A program made the position numbers and the translations under genes. A stretch of 64,000 nucleotides of DNA from Terriglobia bacterium. GTDB taxonomy: Bacteria > Acidobacteriota > Terriglobia > JAJPHL01 > JAPKYU01. Of this stretch, positions 50,767 to 60,907 are shown piece after piece (position 1 is the stretch's first letter; each line of letters opens with the position of its first letter). Below the pieces are notes generated by a model. It saw only the letters and a list, made by a program, of their open reading frames with translations, did no database searches and was not told the DNA's origin. Where the stretch lies: the NCBI GenBank assembly GCA_965206645.1, contig CBDBKE010000003.1, positions 1-64,000 on the forward strand. The letters run 5' to 3'.

Positions 50767-50896
50767 CCCCCTTTTCCCTCTCCCTTGGATGATTCCAGAT
50801 CGGTCCTCGCCGTCAAGGGTCCGCTTTCGCCGCTTCGCGCCCTGGACTGCTGCGGGCCGATCCGAAGGGGATGGCTGTTTATGAGGGAAAAGGGGG
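50767..50896. promoter_or_regulatory. Long imperfect hairpin, candidate single-strand (Frpo/ssi-like) element
   Basis: Nested stems CCCCCTTTTCCCTC/GAGGGAAAAGGGGG, GATCGGTCC/GGGCCGATC and GTCAAGGG/CCCTGGAC. Confidence 0.5.
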
Positions 50897-51114
50897 GTAA
50901 GAGCTTTTTCCGCTGCCTGCCGCTGGCCCTTGTTTCGCCGTGGTTTGCCGTAAGTTTTTTGTTTTCAGTTTTTACCCATAAGGAAGGTTTTGGTTTTGCC
51001 TTTTGCGGGGGGCGTTAGCCCCTCTCTTGGGTGGTTTATCTTTTGTTTTCAGCGAGTTACCCACAGCCGTAGCCGCTCCTACTACTTGTTCTTTAACTAC
51101 TTGTCTTACGACTT

Positions 51115-51170
51115 GTATGGGTAGCCGGTATATGCGGAAAACCCAGTGGTATGGGTAGCCGGTATATGCG
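51115..51170. repeat. Two exact 22-bp direct repeats (iteron-like)
   Basis: GTATGGGTAGCCGGTATATGCG at 51115 and 51149, preceded by three ACNACTTGT motifs in a T-rich tract. Confidence 0.75.
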
Positions 51171-51236
51171 TGGCCCCCCCCCTGGATCACCGGCACCTGT
51201 GCAAAACTTCGCAGCGATTGAGCTTGTAGGCCGCCC

Positions 51237-51711
51237 TGACCTGACCGGCACTTTTTGTACCAAGTGGAAAGAGAGAGAATCCACTTGAGGAGGAAGTGAG
51301 GTCATGCCGACAAGGAGTTACAAGCCGGAGCAGATTGTAGCGGTGCTACGGCAGATAGAAGTGCAGATGGGGAACGGGAAGACTGCGCCCCAAGCCTGCA
51401 AAGAAGCTGGAATCCACACCCAAACCTACTACCGGTGGCGGAAGGAATACGGCGGGCTGAAGGTGGTGCAGGCAAAACGGCTAAAGGAGTTGGAGAAGGA
51501 AAACACGCGGCTGAAGCGGTTGGTAGCGGAGCTTTCTCTGGAGAAGCAGGTGCTGCGGGATGTGGCACAGGGAAACTTCTGAGCCTGAGCGGCGGCGTTG
51601 TGCGGTGGAGCGTGCGTGGGAGCAACACGGGTTGTCGGAACGGCATGCCTGCCGGCTGCTGGGGCAATGGCGAGGGACACAACGATACGAGCCGATTCAT
51701 CGGGTGGACGA
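51237..51711 (+). mobile_element. Truncated IS3 copy (left end + orfA 51304..51582)
   Basis: Matches the 5' part of 46814-48063. Confidence 0.9.
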
Positions 51712-51712
51712 C

Positions 51713-52962
51713 TGACCAGACCGATTTTTTGTACCAACCGTAGTGAGAGTTTACATCGCAGCCTGGGGCTGTGAAACTGGTTTCAGTGGCAGGGGAGGGC
51801 TATAGGCCCCCGGCGCCGGGGGCCTATAGCCGAGCGCCGAGTGCGGCCGCACCGTGTTGTATTGCACCCTCCACTGTTCAATCACCACCTGTGCCTCCTT
51901 CAACGAGTAGAAGATCTCTCCATTCAGGCATTCGTCCCGCAGCTTCCCATTGAAACTCTCGCAGTACCCGTTCTCCCAGGGACTGCCCGGTTCGATGTAC
52001 AGTGTCCCGGTCCCTAGATTTGCCAACCACTGGCGCAGTTGTTTGGCGATGAACTCGGGACCATTGTCGGATCGAATCTGTTCCGGTATCCCTCGCCACA
52101 ACATCACGTCCGACAACGCCTCAATGATTTGTTGGCTGCCCATCCTCCGCTCCACCCGGATCGCCAGGCATTCCCGCGTGTACTCATCCAGCAAGGTCAG
52201 CAGCCGCAGCGTTCTCCCCTCGTGCGTTCTGGCACTCATGAAGTCGTAGCTCCACACGTGGTTCGGTCGCTCCGGCCTCAGTCGTACACAGGAACCGTCG
52301 TTCAGCCACAGCCGTCCTCGCGGCCTTTGTTTTTGCGGCACTTTCAGCCCTTCCCGCCGCCAAATCCGCTGCACCCGGTCCTTGCCCACTTCCCAGCCCG
52401 CACTCCGCAGCAACGCTGTGATCCTCCGGTAGCCATATCGCCCGTACTTCGCTCCCAGGGCAATGATCGCTCGGGTCAGAGCATCCTCGTCCACCCAATG
52501 AATCGGCTCGTATCGTTGTGTCCCTCGCCATTGCCCCAGCAGCCGGCAGGCATGCCGTTCCGACAACCCGTGTTGCTCCCACGCACGCTCCACCGCACAA
52601 CGCCGCCGCTCAGGGCTCAGAAGTTTCCCTGTGCCACATCCCGCAGTACCTGCTTCTCCAGAGAAAGCTCCGCTACCAACCGCTTCAGCCGCGTGTTTTC
52701 CTTCTCCAACTCCTTTAGCCGTTTTGCCTGCACCACCTTCAGCCCGCCGTATTCCTTCCGCCACCGGTAGTAGGTTTGGGTGTGGATTCCAGCTTCTTTG
52801 CAGGCTTGGGGCGCAGTCTTCCCGTTCCCCATCTGTACTTCTATCTGCCGTAGCACCGCTACAATCTGCTCCGGCTTGTAACTCCTTGTCGGCATGACCT
52901 CACTTCCTCCTCAAGTGGATTCTCTCTCTTTCCACTTGGTACAAAAAGTGCCGGTCAGGTCA
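51713..52962 (-). mobile_element. Complete IS3 copy, inverted (orfA 52617..52895, orfB to 51751)
   Basis: 1250 bp, near-identical to 46814-48063. Confidence 0.95.
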
Positions 52963-53468
52963 GATGGACCTGACTGCGAGCAACGTCCACGACGCCCGAA
53001 GGCTCTCTTCGTTGCTGTCTAAGACTCCTGGTTCGATCGGGCAAGTCTCCGCAGACCGGGCCTACGACACGGGTTCCTGCTACGAGGCCGTGCTCCAGCA
53101 CGACGCTATCGTGACGATCTTGCCGCGACGCAATGCACGATGCAGCCGAGACTCTCATCCGCCTCCGTGGCGTGCGATGCGTGATACCCATCTCCGGCGT
53201 ATTAGGACGCAGGGCCGTTATGAGTGGCGGAAGTCGAGTGGCTGCACTCGCCAGAGCGTGGCGGAGAATGCGGTCTCACGGTACAAGGCGATACTCGGGG
53301 TAAGCCTCTCGGCCCGCACGGTCAGGAACCAAAAAGTCGAAGCCGCGATCAAGTGCGCTGTGCTGAACCGGATGGCAGAGCTTGGAATGCCACGATCGGA
53401 GCGCGTGTGCTGAGGCGGATGAGCTTCTCGGCCCGGTTCGCCGCGAGCGCGAATTACGCAACAACGCC
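52963..53468 (+). mobile_element. Truncated IS5/IS903-group copy (3' half)
   Basis: Matches 810-1315 inverted and ends in GCAACAACGCC. Confidence 0.9.
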
Positions 53469-53606
53469 ATGTGTTCCCCATATGTTGAGGTTCTCCCAAG
53501 CACGTTGACTTGCCTGGGAGTGGCGCGTAACATGGCCACCCCCAATGCGGCTAAGCCACGACCGAGCCCTCCAGGAAGGGCGGCTGCGGACGGAAGGAGG
53601 CAACCT

Positions 53607-54476
53607 ATGAGAAACTTTTCTTTGATCACACCCCTGGCTCTGCTTGTTCTCAGCACGGGCCTGGCAATGGCCCAGCAGGACTTCTCCAAAGTCGAAATCA
53701 AAGCTGCCCATGTGAGAGGCAATATTTACATGCTGAATGGGACAGGCGGAAACGTGGGGGTTTCGGTCGGCGCAGATGGGGTTCTCATCGTTGATAACAA
53801 GTTCGCCCCGTTGGCGGACAAAATCCGAGCGGCCCTGAACGATATTGGTGGCGGCAAACTCGAATTCATTCTTAATACTCACTTCCATGGTGATCACGTG
53901 GGCGGGAATCAGGCGTTTGGGCCGGAGGCTCTCATCATTGCCCATACCAATGTTCGAAAACGCTTGATGAGAGAACCAGAAGAAGCCTGGCCCGTCATTA
54001 CTTTCGATGAATCTCTGTCGGTTCACTTCAACGGAGAGGAAATCAAGCTGATCCACTTCCCTCATGGGCATACCGATGGCGATGCTGTCATGTTCTTCAC
54101 CGGATCCAATGTGGTCCACATGGGGGATGAGTTTTTTTACGAACGATTTCCGTTCGTCGATCTAAACAGTGGAGGAGACGTCGAGGGTCTCACCAAGAAT
54201 ATTGCGGCGGTGATCCGCCAAGTTCCTGCCGATGCGAAGATCATTCCGGGCCACGGCCCAGTTTCCACTCCGAATGATCTAAAAAACTACCATCGAATGC
54301 TGGTTGAGACAACTGCCGTCATTCGCCAGCGGATGGCTGCAGGGAAAGGTCTCTATCAAATCAAGGCAGAAGGTTTGCCCGAGAAATGGAAGCCGTGGGC
54401 CACTGGGTTTATTTCAACCGAGCGATGGATTGAGACGATTCACCGGAGTCTCTCTCGGAACTCGACCAACCAATGA
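53607..54476 (+). CDS. Secreted MBL-fold metallo-hydrolase (cyclase-like)
   Basis: RBS AGGAGG, signal peptide, NTHFHGDH, GHTDGD, HMGD, IPGHG. Confidence 0.9.
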   Translation: MRNFSLITPLALLVLSTGLAMAQQDFSKVEIKAAHVRGNIYMLNGTGGNVGVSVGADGVLIVDNKFAPLADKIRAALNDIGGGKLEFILNTHFHGDHVGGNQAFGPEALIIAHTNVRKRLMREPEEAWPVITFDESLSVHFNGEEIKLIHFPHGHTDGDAVMFFTGSNVVHMGDEFFYERFPFVDLNSGGDVEGLTKNIAAVIRQVPADAKIIPGHGPVSTPNDLKNYHRMLVETTAVIRQRMAAGKGLYQIKAEGLPEKWKPWATGFISTERWIETIHRSLSRNSTNQ

Positions 54477-54808
54477 GCTGACATTCCCATTGTGGTGCAG
54501 AACCCCGCTAGTGACGCTACCGCCCGATTGCTTCGCAAGGTCCCGACAGCGCGCCTCACCAGCTTGCCCGGTCCTCAGGGTTGGAACGAAACCATCCTAG
54601 AAGTGGTGAACCAGCACCCTGTGTTGGCTAAATAACCTGCGGCGAGCAGAGTCACCAGACTACACATCAGCACTTTTTAGCTTGATGGCCGCTGCATGAG
54701 GAATTCGATGATCAGATCCATGTACTCATGCACAGCCAATCGCAGTTCATCTGCAAGGCGGCCGTGCAGCTTGATGTCCTGCGGCTGAGAGCTTGGTCTT
54801 TTCACGTA

Positions 54809-54939
54809 GGTACTGTCAAGTTAAGCAGTTTGGCGGCATTCTCGCCGCCCGCCGCCACCGCTAAGTCATTGATTCTCAGTCTCTGATCCAACAGAATCCT
54901 TCCGCAAAACGGGCAGATTCTGCTCAACTTGACAGTACC
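54809..54939. mobile_element. 131-bp IS6-type MITE, copy 2 (inverted)
   Basis: Reverse complement of 27874-28004 with a few substitutions. Confidence 0.9.
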
Positions 54940-55495
54940 GCATCGAGAGCTTTATTTCTTTCGTGTGCTCGGGTAAGCACGGAGAGGTCTATATTGGCTT
55001 CGACCGTCAGGTCCGAATTCGGTGGGATGAGGGGTTTTTGGGCACAAAGAAGCTCCGGGCCAAGTGGAGCGGACGATCCAAGCCCGAGGAAGCCTATTTT
55101 GTGGAAAATGGGAGATTCATTCACTTCGTCAAAGTCGAGGAAACGATGAAGCACTTGGTGGAATGGAAGCGGAAGGAGTTGAAATTGGAGGTTCCTCTCG
55201 TTCCCGAAGGGAACGCGGTCTTCCGGTATGATCTCAGTGGGGCAGCCCGTGGAATCGCCGAGGCAAGGGAGAAGTGTCGAAAGGGAGAGGCGTAATAGTC
55301 TTCGTCAATGAGCAAGCCACAACGCCTGCCGCAGCCCCGTCCCAAACAGAAGCAGCAGCAACAGGCGCGGGAACGGCAGCGCGGGCCGGAGCGGGACTTT
55401 GGCCCGAGCCGGTAATGACGAGGCGGATGCTGACGTCACAGGCGGCCTAGTTTAGGCCGCCGAGTTGTCCAAGAAACCGGGTCCGATACAACTAC

Positions 55496-56077
55496 ATGAA
55501 GGACGATCTTCTCCCTCACATTCGCCATGCCTATTCGACGGCTGAAGCGCAACGCTACGCGGACTTCGCCGACGAGAAGAAGTGCCTGGACAAGGTCGTT
55601 TCGATCAGCAAAGAGGTACTTGGGCACGTTCCTCCTTGTGCTGGGGCGTGCGCGATCATGAGTGCGTTATGGACAGCGCTTGTTCGAGATCGTCTCGACT
55701 TACCTGTTTACTGCGTTGCCGGAGATCTGTTGGCAGACGGCAGACTGGTCTTCGGTCACGGCGCCTCCTCAACAGAGTTCGCAGTGGCCTTTGGCGAATC
55801 AAACCTAGATTGGGATGGCCACTGTTGGCTTGTGCTTGGAGAGTACATCGGGGACCTCTCCGTGTTTCGAACGGCTTACGCCGCGACCAGTCCAAGACCG
55901 CTACGTGACCTAGTCCTCTCAAGGTTCGGGCTTGGAAGGGGACTCTGGCTTGCAACTGAGGCGGTATCTGTCGCAAATGGCTTGTCCTACAAACCGAGGT
56001 ACGTATTAACCAATCAACAGCTTGACGGCCTCGTGCTTGGAGGACGAGCGTTGTTCGATTCAGGCGGTGCCGTTTGA
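55496..56077 (+). CDS. Hypothetical protein, possible transglutaminase/papain-like fold
   Basis: GACAIMS...DGHCWL...IGDLS gives a Cys-His-Asp order. Confidence 0.6.
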   Translation: MKDDLLPHIRHAYSTAEAQRYADFADEKKCLDKVVSISKEVLGHVPPCAGACAIMSALWTALVRDRLDLPVYCVAGDLLADGRLVFGHGASSTEFAVAFGESNLDWDGHCWLVLGEYIGDLSVFRTAYAATSPRPLRDLVLSRFGLGRGLWLATEAVSVANGLSYKPRYVLTNQQLDGLVLGGRALFDSGGAV

Positions 56078-56495
56078 CAGACGAATGGAGCTGACGCGAG
56101 ATCGGTCTCGCCTAGTGGCGGTCCGAATCCCTGTTTACGTGCTTCATTAAATCCGTCATAAGCGCAAGGTCCCCAGACGTTGCAGCAAGGTATCGCCGAT
56201 CACCTGGATTTGGCAATACCGTTTCGCACGGCGTAACCCGTTGGAAACACGTCCGGGGTCGAAGTGTTGCAGAACCGTTCCTTTGTGCAACCCCGTCCAC
56301 TGATGGGCACGGCCCGGAAGGAAAGAAGCTCCATAGAAGCTCCATCGGCAAGCGCAAGCGCTCATGGCCGCTCTCAGTGAGAGCGCTCGTCACGTCGTTC
56401 TCACGCTGTGTTGTAGACGGGCCCGATGGAGTACGTGCCTTCACGTAGCTCCTGTGCACTTGCAGTGTGATCACTGAATCACTCTAATTATTCCA

Positions 56496-58112
56496 ATGAT
56501 CCCGTCACTACGGTCACGACTTTTGGGTAAAGAGCGTCCTCCATTTGAGCCGGGCGGGCGACATTTACGCGTAACGGTGTACTGCCCGCAGCCAGACCGG
56601 CTCTCGGAAGAGGATCAGTTTCGCCTGCGTTTCCTGCGAGAGTTGGCTTACCTTGACCCTCTCCGGGTCGTCGGGACGGATCGGTCGTTCCCTTGGCGCA
56701 TCGAGATCGATCCGACACCGAATGAAAACGGTGTGGGCGCAGTTAATTTTGTTGACCCAGAAGATCGATACGCCATTGAGCACGCGTTCCGGTCGACCGA
56801 TTGGAGCGAGGAGGCGATCAGGTTCAGGTTGCTCGGCACTGGAAGCCCGCCGGACCAAAAGGCATGCGCCTTAGCTCTCCGTTTGCCCGTACTCGAAGCG
56901 CACACTCAGACCCATCGAGACTTGTTTATCACATCTCACCCGGACTTCTTGACCCTAAGGTCGCGCATTCTCGATGCGAACATCAAGGATCTCTGCGAAG
57001 GGCTGCGGATCGTCGGACTTTATCTCCGTTGGTCGGGAGACTTTACAATCCGCGCGTCACAGAAGACCAAAAGGTGTTTCTATCGCCACTTGTTCTACTG
57101 GGTCTTGTGTAGGCACCGGCTGCCCGCGATGTGGAGATACTTCTCAGCCTGTCTGCAATATGGCCGGGAGACACACACCCAAAACAAGGAGCTCGGGGAC
57201 CTCGCGGGTACCATTCTCAATCGCTGTGTTCGTGTGCTGCAGGCACGCGACGAAGTGGGATTTAGGTTCTACCAGCGGCAAGACTATACGACGCGCGACG
57301 AAATGCTTTACCACTTCAACTACTTAACGATTCTGCTCTCTGGTACGTTCGACGCTGAGGCGCGCATCGCTCGACAGGTATACGAGATTACAAAGGTTCC
57401 CGCGCGGAGCACAAGTTTCCGCAACCATGATTTTCGTAAAGCTCTGAGAGACGCTGGCGGTCAGAGCCTCGCCGATGTGGTTAATGATGTTAGCTTTCAA
57501 GCATTCCAACGGTTTCTCGGAGTGTTGAGGAATTCTATCCACAGCGTCGGCCTTCACGGTCTCGGCGTAAGTCGGGCCGGAGAGCAAGAGTCCTCCCTTG
57601 GGCGGGTCTTCGAGGGCGACAAGGACATCTGGGAAGCGGCCGTTGCACTTGGCTCATGCGACGATATCGGTGTCACAAAACACAAAGCGGGATCGGAGGT
57701 AGCGGTCGAGCCATATACGTGTGCCGTCCGGCTCTGTGAACTCGGCTTCAGGAATTCTATCCACAGCGTCGGCCTTCACGGTCTCGGCGTAAGTCGGGCC
57801 GGAGAGCAAGAGTCCTCCCTTGGGCGGGTCTTCGAGGGCGACAAGGACATCTGGGAAGCGGCCGTTGCACTTGGCTCATGCGACGATATCGGTGTCACAA
57901 AACACAAAGCGGGATCGGAGGTAGCGGTCGAGCCATATACGTGTGCCGTCCGGCTCTGTGAACTCGGCTTCAGGTATGTCAATCACGTCGCTGAAGCGAC
58001 GGATGTTGAGCGGCTACTGGCCGCTGGACCGACAGCGGAATTATTGGCCGGCCCACCCGAGGACAGAATATTTGGGAGCAATATCCGTCGGCGGATCGAC
58101 GCTTTGGGGTGA
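56496..58112 (+). CDS. Hypothetical protein with PIN-like and HEPN-like motifs and an in-frame 74-aa tandem duplication
   Basis: EAH...DLFITSH, LLSGTFDAEARI and LRNSIH (duplicated). Confidence 0.6.
   Translation: MIPSLRSRLLGKERPPFEPGGRHLRVTVYCPQPDRLSEEDQFRLRFLRELAYLDPLRVVGTDRSFPWRIEIDPTPNENGVGAVNFVDPEDRYAIEHAFRSTDWSEEAIRFRLLGTGSPPDQKACALALRLPVLEAHTQTHRDLFITSHPDFLTLRSRILDANIKDLCEGLRIVGLYLRWSGDFTIRASQKTKRCFYRHLFYWVLCRHRLPAMWRYFSACLQYGRETHTQNKELGDLAGTILNRCVRVLQARDEVGFRFYQRQDYTTRDEMLYHFNYLTILLSGTFDAEARIARQVYEITKVPARSTSFRNHDFRKALRDAGGQSLADVVNDVSFQAFQRFLGVLRNSIHSVGLHGLGVSRAGEQESSLGRVFEGDKDIWEAAVALGSCDDIGVTKHKAGSEVAVEPYTCAVRLCELGFRNSIHSVGLHGLGVSRAGEQESSLGRVFEGDKDIWEAAVALGSCDDIGVTKHKAGSEVAVEPYTCAVRLCELGFRYVNHVAEATDVERLLAAGPTAELLAGPPEDRIFGSNIRRRIDALG
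57528..57974 (+). repeat. Exact 222-bp tandem duplication
   Basis: Units 57528-57749 and 57750-57971, bounded by AGG microhomology. Confidence 0.95.
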
Positions 58113-58238
58113 TGGAAATCGCGACGACGCTGTACAGCCTGCCCTGACGCCAGGCTGGGGTGTACTTCACTCCGACATCGCCAGAGGCCTAGTGTCGGTC
58201 CGTGAGTCTGGACAGCGTGCGATAATGGAGCGCGGAGC

Positions 58239-58555
58239 ATGGCGAAAAGACCGGCGAAGCAGCGGGACGGTGCGGGGGCGACCCTGAATGGCGGCGCCAC
58301 GACGGGCCATGAAGCGGAACTGTGGGCCATGGCCGACGCCCTGCGCGGCTCGATGGACGCCGCCGAGTACAAGCACGTCGTGCTCGGCCTGATCTTCCTG
58401 AATTACATTTCAGACGCCTTCGAGGAACGCCGCGCGGCGGTGCTCGCCCAGTGGGGCAAAGACACTGCGGAGGACCGAGACGAGTACATCGCCGAGAACG
58501 TCTTCTGGGTGCCGCCGGAGGCCCGCTGGTCGCATCTCAAGGCGCAGGCGCGGCT
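58239..58555 (+). pseudogene. hsdM: Type I R-M HsdM N-terminal fragment
   Basis: [34 protein letters not shown]...[11 protein letters not shown], truncated after about 105 aa. Confidence 0.9.
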
Positions 58556-58597
58556 TGTGGTGACAAAGAACCCGGGGTGAGGGAGTGTACTCGAGGC

Positions 58598-59581
58598 TCA
58601 CACCGAGATGCGCTCGACGATGTTGCGGGTGACCCGCTTCTGCCGCCGGTCGTAGATCTGGGTGGTCTTGGGGTTGGCATGGCCGGCCAGGTACTGGACG
58701 TCCTCGAGAGGCACGTCCTGGGTGAGCAGGTCGGTCACCACCAGGACGCGGAAGCTGTGGGGGCTGAAGATGTCGGGCAACCGGGCATCTTTGAGCCGTC
58801 GCTTGAGCATGCGCCGCATGGAGTTGGCCGACAAGGGGTTCCTGGAGAGCTTCTTCTGTTTTCCCAGGGCCGCCCGGAACAGGGGCGTCTCCTTGGGGTC
58901 CGCAGCGATCCGGGCCGCCTGCAGGTACGCCTCGAGCCAGCGATCGAGGTCGTGGCGGACGGGGATCTCGCGCTGCTGGCCGCCCTTTTCCCGGAACCGC
59001 AGGACGCGCTGGGCGCCCTGGTCCTCGAGGTCCCCGCAGCGCAGCCGGGCGAGGGCGCCGACACGGGCCCCGGTGTAGGCGAGGGTTCCCAGGAGGGCGC
59101 GGTCGCGGAGGCCGACGACGTGGGAGAGGTCGATGGAGGCGAGCAGGTCCCGGGCCTGCTGGATGGCGAGCTGGGGGGTCTTGCCGTCCACGACGGCGTG
59201 CTTCCGCCCCCGCACGGAGGAGAACGGGTTCAGAGCCACGGCATGGCGGATGACCAGGGCGTCGAAGAAATGCCGCAGCGCCGCCAGCGCCAGATTCTTG
59301 GTGGGGTCCGATCCGGGAATATCCTCAATGAAGCGCCCGGCCAGCCCCGGCGTAACCTGACGGAGCTCGATTCCTTGTTCTTCGCACCAGGCGAGGAAGC
59401 GGCCAACGATACGGGCGTAGGCGCGGCGGGTGTGGGGGTTGGAGATGCGGGCGGCGAAGAACTCATCGGCGGCGAACAGGGCGTTCTTCCCGGCGCGCCG
59501 CAGGACGGCGGGAGCGGAGGGGGCACGATCCAGGGCCTGGGCAGCGGGCAGGAGGGCGGCTTGGGAAGGGGCTTGAACCAT
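58598..59581 (-). CDS. XerC/D-like tyrosine recombinase
   Basis: RDRALL...YTGAR, EKGG, SPHSFR, LAGHANPKTTQIYD. Confidence 0.92.
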   Translation of the reverse strand: MVQAPSQAALLPAAQALDRAPSAPAVLRRAGKNALFAADEFFAARISNPHTRRAYARIVGRFLAWCEEQGIELRQVTPGLAGRFIEDIPGSDPTKNLALAALRHFFDALVIRHAVALNPFSSVRGRKHAVVDGKTPQLAIQQARDLLASIDLSHVVGLRDRALLGTLAYTGARVGALARLRCGDLEDQGAQRVLRFREKGGQQREIPVRHDLDRWLEAYLQAARIAADPKETPLFRAALGKQKKLSRNPLSANSMRRMLKRRLKDARLPDIFSPHSFRVLVVTDLLTQDVPLEDVQYLAGHANPKTTQIYDRRQKRVTRNIVERISV

Positions 59582-59605
59582 GGTGATATAGGGGATGATA
59601 ACAAC

Positions 59606-60834
59606 GGTGGTCTCAACCCATCGACGCAACACTTTGCCTTGAAAGGAGGAGGTGGAGTGTATGCGGATGAAGCAAAGAGCTCGTCGCGGTTACACGCTGG
59701 CGGAACTGGAGGAGGTGTGGGATCGGTGGAAACGAGGGGAGTCGCTCAAGTCGATTGGACGAGTGTTTTGTAAGCAGCCATCGTCTGTTTACCATCAGCT
59801 TGCTCCGTACGGAGGCATCCGTCCTCGGCCACCACGCCGTTCATGTTGGGCACTGACGTTGTCGGAGCGCGAAGAGATCTCTCGAGGCATTGCGGCACAT
59901 CAATCGATACGATCCATCGCCGGGTTGCTGGGTCGCTCACCATCGACGGTGAGCCGGGAGATTCGGCGGAATGGCGGCGATAATGACTATCGAGCAGCGG
60001 AGGCCGATGAGCAAGCCGGGGAGAGGGCCCGCCGGCCGAAGCGGTGTCAGCTGGTCAAGCATCCACAACTACGACGGGTAGTGGCCAGAAAGCTCAGCAT
60101 AAACTGGTCGCCTGAGCAGATCGCCAGCTGGCTGAAACGAGCCTATCCGAAGGATCCGTCCTATCACGTGTCTCACGAGACCATCTACCGCAGCCTGTTT
60201 GTTCAAGCCCGCGGTGCGCTGAAGGCAGAGCTGATGCAGCATCTGCGGTCAAAGCGGACGATTCGTCGATCCCGACATGCAAGTCTGAGAGGCCATGGAC
60301 GAGGACAGATCACCGACATCGTATCGATCCGTGAGCGCCCGGCCTCGGTCGAAGATCGTGCCGTGCCCGGTCATTGGGAAGGCGATCTGCTGTCCGGATC
60401 GAAGAACAGCCACATTGCGACTCTGGTCGAACGTCATACGCGCTACGTGATGCTTACGAAAGTATCCAGCAAGAAAACGGAGACGGTCGTGTCGGCGCTC
60501 ATCAAGCACGCGAAGAAGCTGCCGACGGAACTGTACAAATCTCTGACTTGGGATCGAGGCCTGGAGCTCGCCGAGCATCGACGGTTCACGTTGGCGACCG
60601 ACATTGACGTATACTTCTGTGATCCTCAGAGTCCATGGCAGCGCGGTTCGAATGAGAACACCAACGGTCTACTCCGACAGTACTTCCCCAAGGGAACGGA
60701 CTTGTCGGTGCACTCTCAGGCGCATCTGAACAAGGTGGCACGTCAGCTGAACGAACGGCCCCGTCAGACGCTGGAGTTTGAAACTCCGGCAGAACGATTT
60801 AACGCTTGTGTTGCATCGACCGGTTGAGCTGGCA
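59606..60834 (+). mobile_element. IS30-family insertion sequence (transposase 59667..60827)
   Basis: IRs CTCAACCCATCGACGCAACAC / GTGTTGCATCGACCGGTTGAG, 2-bp TSD AC, motifs GHWEGD, TWDRG, WQRGSNENTNGLLRQY. Confidence 0.93.
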
Positions 60835-60907
60835 ACCTTTATCGGGCTCTATTAACTCGCCCTCCCCCGCTTCCTCCAGCCAGCGATCCGGAACACCAGC
60901 AGCGCGG

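Noticed and set aside
51115-51170. CRISPR array
   Set aside because: Only two repeats with a 12-bp spacer, and no cas genes in the window.
53607-54476. Metallo-beta-lactamase resistance gene
   Set aside because: The HxHxDH motif is shared by the whole MBL fold, and the sequence resembles cyclase/glyoxalase-II-like hydrolases. Resistance is unsupported.
27874-54939. MITE-bounded composite transposon
   Set aside because: The outer 8-bp flanks (ATGAGATG versus GCATCGAG) do not form a TSD, so there is no evidence it moved as a unit.
56070-56130. Integron attC-like start (TTTGACAGACGAATGGAGCTGACGCG) after ORF 55496..56077
   Set aside because: It resembles R''/L'' boxes, but I found no matching L'/R' (GTTRRRY) arm and no IntI. 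At most a degenerate remnant.
58322-59773. 483-aa + strand ORF
   Set aside because: An antisense shadow of the tyrosine recombinase that spans unrelated elements.
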